Source: Eledone cirrhosa (lineage: Eukaryota). From it: DNA of 64,000 nucleotides. Each line of letters starts with the position of its first letter. Positions within the stretch are counted from its first letter, which is position 1. Where the stretch lies: NCBI GenBank assembly GCA_964016885.1, contig OZ024741.1, positions 282,534,001-282,598,000 on the forward strand, read 5' to 3'. The position numbers and the translations under genes were made by a program. This document shows positions 58,801-64,000 of the stretch, in pieces. The notes under the pieces are model-generated. The model did not search any database. It had not been told where the DNA came from and worked only from the letters and a program-made list of their open reading frames with translations.

Positions 58801-61800
58801 GTGTGTCTATCTCTATCTAATAAACACCAAGTATCGTGTGCTGTCTCTATCAAATAAACACCAAGTATGGTGTGTCTATCTCTATCTAATAAACACCAAG
58901 TGTGGTGTGTCTATCTCTATCTAATAAACACCAAGTATGGTGTGTCTGTCTCTATCTAATAAACACCAAGTGTGGTGTGTCTATCTCTATCTAATAAACA
59001 CCAAGTATGGTGTGTCTATCTCTATCTAATAAACACCAAGTATCGTGTGCCTGTCTCTATCTAATAAACACCAAGTATGGTGCGTCTATCTCTATCTAAT
59101 AAACACCAAGTATGGTGTGTCTGTCTCTATCTAATAAACACAAAGTATGCTGTGTCTGTCTCTATCTAATAAACACCAAGTATGGTGTGTCTGTCTCTAT
59201 CTAATAAACACCAAGTATCGTGTGCTGTCTCTATCAAATAAACACCAAGTATCGTGTGCCTGTCTCTATCTAATAAACACCAAGTATGGTGCGTCTATCT
59301 CTATCTAATAAACACCAAGTATGGTGTGTCTGTCTCTATCTAATAAACACCAAGTATGGTGTGTCTGTCTCTATCTAATAAACACCAAGTATGATGTGTC
59401 TGTCTCTATCTAATAAACACCAAGTATGGTGTGTCTGTCTCTATCTAATAAACACCAAGTATGGTGTGTCTGTCTCTATCTAATAAACACCAAGTGTGGT
59501 GTGTCTATCTTTATCTAATAAACACCAAGTATGGTGTGTCTGTCTCTATGTAATAAACACCAAGTATGGTGTGTCTGTCTCTATCTAATAAACACCAAGT
59601 ATGGTGTATCTGTCTCTATCTAATAAACACCAAGTATGATGTGTCTGTCTCTATCTAATAAACACCAAGTATGGTGTGTCTGTCTCTATCTAATAAACAC
59701 CAAGTATGGTGTGTCTGTCTCTATCTAATAAACACCAAGTATGGTGTGTCTGTCTCTATCTAATAAACACCAAGTATGGTGTGTCTATCTCTATCTAATA
59801 AACACCAAGTGTGGTGTGTCTATCTCTATCTAATAAACACCAAGTGTGGTGTGTCTGTCTCTATCTAATAAACACCAAGTGTGGTGTGTCTGTCTCTATC
59901 TAATAAACACCAAGTGTGGTGTATCTGTCTCTATCTAATAAACACCAAGTGTGGTGTGTCTATCTTTATCTAATAAAAACCAAGTATGGTGTGTCTGTCT
60001 ATATGTAATAAACACCAAGTGTGGTGTATCAATCTCTAACTAATAAACACCAAGTGTGGTGTGTCTGTCTCTATCTAATAAACACCAAGTGTGGTGTATC
60101 TGTCTCTATCTAATAAACACCAAGTATGGTGTGTCTATCTCTATCTAATAAACACCAAGTATGGTGTGTCTGTCTCTATGTAATAAACACCAAGTATGGT
60201 GTGTCTGTTTCTATGTAATAAACACCAAGTGTGGTGTGTCTATCCCTATCTAATAAACACCAAGTGTGGTGTGTCTGTCTCTATCTAATAAAAAGCAAGT
60301 GTGGTGTGTCTATCTTTATCTAATAGAAACCAAGTATGGTGTGCCTGTCTCTATCTAATAAACACCAAGTGTGGTGTATCTGTCTCTATCTAATAAACAC
60401 CAAGTGTCGTGTGTCTGTCTCTATCTAATAAACACCAAGTGTCGTGTGTCTGTCTCTATCTAATAAACACCAAGTGTGGTGTGTCTATCTCTATCTAATA
60501 AACACCAAGTGTGGTGTGTCTATCTCTATCTAATAAACACCAAGTATGGTGTGTCTATCTCTATCTAATAAACACCAAGTATCGTGTGCTGTCTCTATCA
60601 AATAAACACCAAGTATGGTGTGTCTATCTCTATCTAATAAACACCAAGTATCGTGTGCTGTCTCTATCAAATAAACACCAAGTATGGTGTGTCTATCTCT
60701 ATCTAATAAACACCAAGTATCGTGTGCTGTCTCTATCTAATAAACACCAAGTGTGGTGTGTCTATCTCTATCTAATAAACACCAAGTATCGTGTGCTGTC
60801 TCTATCAAATAAACACCAAGTATGGTGTGTCTATCTCTATCTAATAAACACCAAGTATGATGTGTCTGTCTCTATCTAATAAACACCAAGTATGGTGTGT
60901 CTGTCTCTATCTAAAAAACACCAAGTGTGGTGTGTCTGTCTCTATCTAATAAACACCAAGTGTGGTGTATCTGTCTCTATCTAATAAACACCAAGTGTGG
61001 TGTGTCTATCTTTATCTAATAAAAACCAAGTATGGTGTGTCTGTCTATATCTAATAAACACCAAGTGTGGTGTATCAATCTCTAACTAATAAACACCAAG
61101 TGTGGTGTGTCTGTCTCTATCTAATAAACACCAAGTATGGTGTGTCTGTCTCTATCTAATAAACACCAAGTGTGGTGTGTCTGTCTCTATCTAATAAACA
61201 CCAAGTGTGGTGTGTCTATCTTTATCTAATAAAAACCAAGTATGGTGTGTCTATCTCTATCTAATAAACACGAAGTGTGGTGTGTCTATCTCTATCTAAT
61301 AAACACCAAGTATGGTGTGTCTATCTCTATCTAATAAACAACAAGTATGGTGTGTCTATCTCTATCTAATAAACACCAAGTATGGTGTGTCTATCTCTAT
61401 CTAATAAACACCAAGTATGGTGTGTCTGTCTCTATCTAATAAACACCAAGTATGGTGTGTCTGTCTCTATCTAATAAACACCAAGTATGGTGTGTCTGTC
61501 TCTATCTAATAAACACCAAGCATCGTGTGCCTGTCTCTATCAAATAAACACCAAGTATGCTGTGTCTATCTCTATCTAGTAAACACCAAGTATGGTGTGT
61601 CTGTCTCTATCTAATAAACACCAAGTATGGTGTGTCTGTCTCTATCTAATAAACACCAAGTATGGTGTGTCTGTCTCTATCTAATAAACACCAAGTGTGG
61701 TGTGTCTGTCTCTATCTAATAAACACCAAGTGTGGTGTGCCTGTCTCTATCTAATAAACACCAAGTATGGTGTGTCTGTCTCTATCTAATAAACACCAAG

Positions 61801-64000
61801 TATGGTGTTTCTATCTCTATCTAATAAACACCAAGTGTGGTGTGTCTATCTCTATCTAATAAACACCAAGTATGGTGTGTCTATCTCTATCTAATAAACA
61901 CCAAGTATGGTGTGTCTATCTCTATCTAATAAACACCAAGTATGGTGTGTCTATCTCTATCTAATAAACACCAAGTGTGGTGTGTCTGTCTCTATCTAAT
62001 AAACACCAAGTGTGGTGTATCTATCTCTATCTAATAAACACCAAGTATGGTGTGTCTATCTCTATCTAATAAACACCAAGTATGGTGTGTCTATCTCTAT
62101 CTAATAAACACCAAGTATGGTGTGTCTGTCTCTATCAAATAAACACCAAGTATGGTGTGTCTATCTCTATCTAATAAACACGAAGTGTGGTGTGTCTATC
62201 TCTATCTAATAAACACCAAGTATGGTGTGTCTATCTCTATCTAATAAACAACAAGTATGGTGTGTCTGTCTCTATCTAATAAACACCAAGTGTGGTGTAT
62301 CAATCTCTATCTAATAAACACCAAGTGTGGTGTGTCTGTCTCTATCTAATAAACACCAAGTGTGGTGTATCTGTCTCTATCTAATAAACACCAAGTGTGG
62401 TGTGTATATCTTTATCTAATAAAAACCAAGTATGGTGTGTCTGTCTCTATCTAATAAACACCAAGTGTGGTGTATCAATCTCTATCTAATAAACACCAAG
62501 TGTGGTGTGTCTGTCTCTATCTAATAAACACCAAGTGTGGTGTATCTGTCTCTATCTAATAAAAAGCAAGTGTGGTGTGTCTGTCTCTATCTAATAAACA
62601 CCAAGTGTGGTGTATCTGTCTCTATCTAATAAACACCAAGTGTGGTGTATCTGTCTCTATCTAATAAAAACCAAGTATGGTGTGTCTGTCTCTATCTAAT
62701 AAACACCAAGTGTGGTGTATCTGTCTCTATCTAATAAACACCAAGTGTGGTGTATCTGTCTCTATCTAATAAACACCAAGTGTGGTGTGTCTGTCTCTAT
62801 CTAATAAACACCAAGTGTGGTGTGTCTGTCTCTATCTAATAAACACCAAGTGTGGTGTGTCTGTCTCTATCTAATAAACACCAAGTGTGGTGTGTCTATC
62901 TCTATCTAATAAACACCAAGTGTGGTGTGTCTGTCTCTATCTAATAAACACCAAGTATCGTATGCCTGTCTCTATCAAATAAACACCAAGTATAGTGTGT
63001 CTGTCTCTATCTAATTAACACCAAGTATGGTGTGTCTGTCTCTATCTAATAAACACCAAGTGTGGTGTGTCTGTCTATATCTAATAAACACCAAGTATGG
63101 TGTGTCTGTCTCTATCTAATAAACACCAAGTGTGGTGTGTCTGTCTATATCTAATAAACACCAAGTGTGGTGTGTCTGTCTCTATCTAATAAACACCAAG
63201 TGTGGTGTGTCTGTCTATATCTAATAAACACCAAGTATGGTGTATCTATCTCTATCTAATAAACACCAAGTATGGTGTGTCTGTCTCTATCTAATAAACA
63301 CCAAGTATGCTGTGTCTGTCTCGATCTAATAAACACCAAGTATGGTGTGTCTGTCTCTATCTAATAAACACCAAGTATGGTGTGTCTATCTCTATCTAAT
63401 AAACACCAAGTATGGTGTGTCTGTCTCTATCTAATAAACACCAAGTATGCTGTGTCTGTCTCGATCTAATAAACACCAAGTATGGTGTGTCTGTCTCTAT
63501 CTAATAAACACCAAGTATGGTGTGTCTATCTCTATCTAATAAACTCCAAGTGTGGTGTGTCTATCTCTATCTAATAAACACCAAGTGTGGTGTGTCTATC
63601 TCTATCTAATAAACACCAAGTATGGTGTGTCTGTCTCTATCTAATTAACACCAAGTATGGTGTGTCTGTCTCTATCTAATAAACACCAAGTGTGGTGTGT
63701 CTGTTTCTATCTAATAAACACCAAGTGTGGTGTATCTATCTCTATCTAATAAACTCCAAGTGTGGTGTGTCTATCTCTATCTAATAAACACCAAGTGTGG
63801 TGTGTCTATCTCTATCTAATAAACACCAAGTATGGTGTGTCTGTCTCTATCTAATTAACACCAAGTATGGTGTGTCTGTCTCTATCTAATAAACACCAAG
63901 TGTGGTGTGTCTGTTTCTATCTAATAAACACCAAGTGTGGTGTATCTATCTCTATCTAATAAACTCCAAGTGTGGTGTGTCTATCTCTATCTAATAAACA
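55828..64000. repeat. 35-bp satellite array, about 230 copies, running off the window end
   Basis: Consensus AATAAACACCAAGTRTGGTGTGTCTRTCTCTATCT; internal hairpin ACACCA-AGTR-TGGTGT. Confidence 0.98.

Noticed and set aside
60511-60879. 122-aa repetitive ORF
   Set aside because: Artefact of 69-bp satellite dimers staying in frame.
55828-64000. CRISPR array (35-bp palindromic repeat)
   Set aside because: Monomers are head-to-tail with no unique spacers, there are no cas genes, and the context is eukaryotic.

Overview
This is AT-rich, microsatellite-rich eukaryotic (metazoan) DNA made almost entirely of transposable elements. The repeat families suggest an octopus/cephalopod genome; that is an inference, no search was run. 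There are no prokaryotic features. Main contents: (1) one apparently full-length RTE-clade LINE at about 40324-44847 (minus) with an intact 1039-aa APE+RT ORF, a PHD-type C4HC3 finger inside the RT and a tandemly repeated 5' UTR, plus many decayed relatives and tRNA-head SINEs that share its 3' tail; (2) Tx1/L1-clade LINEs, two of them flanked on both sides by (GATA)n; (3) R4/Dong, CRE, Helitron, piggyBac, hAT and pogo/Tigger relics; (4) a 35-bp satellite filling the last 8.2 kb. The most notable signal, invisible in the ORF track, is about a dozen type I hammerhead-ribozyme motifs. Several sit in the arms of fold-back palindromes built around Penelope-like GIY-YIG fragments, with unusual cores, very long stem II inserts and compensatory base changes. 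Only one weak host-exon candidate was seen. All structures were folded by eye and boundaries are approximate.
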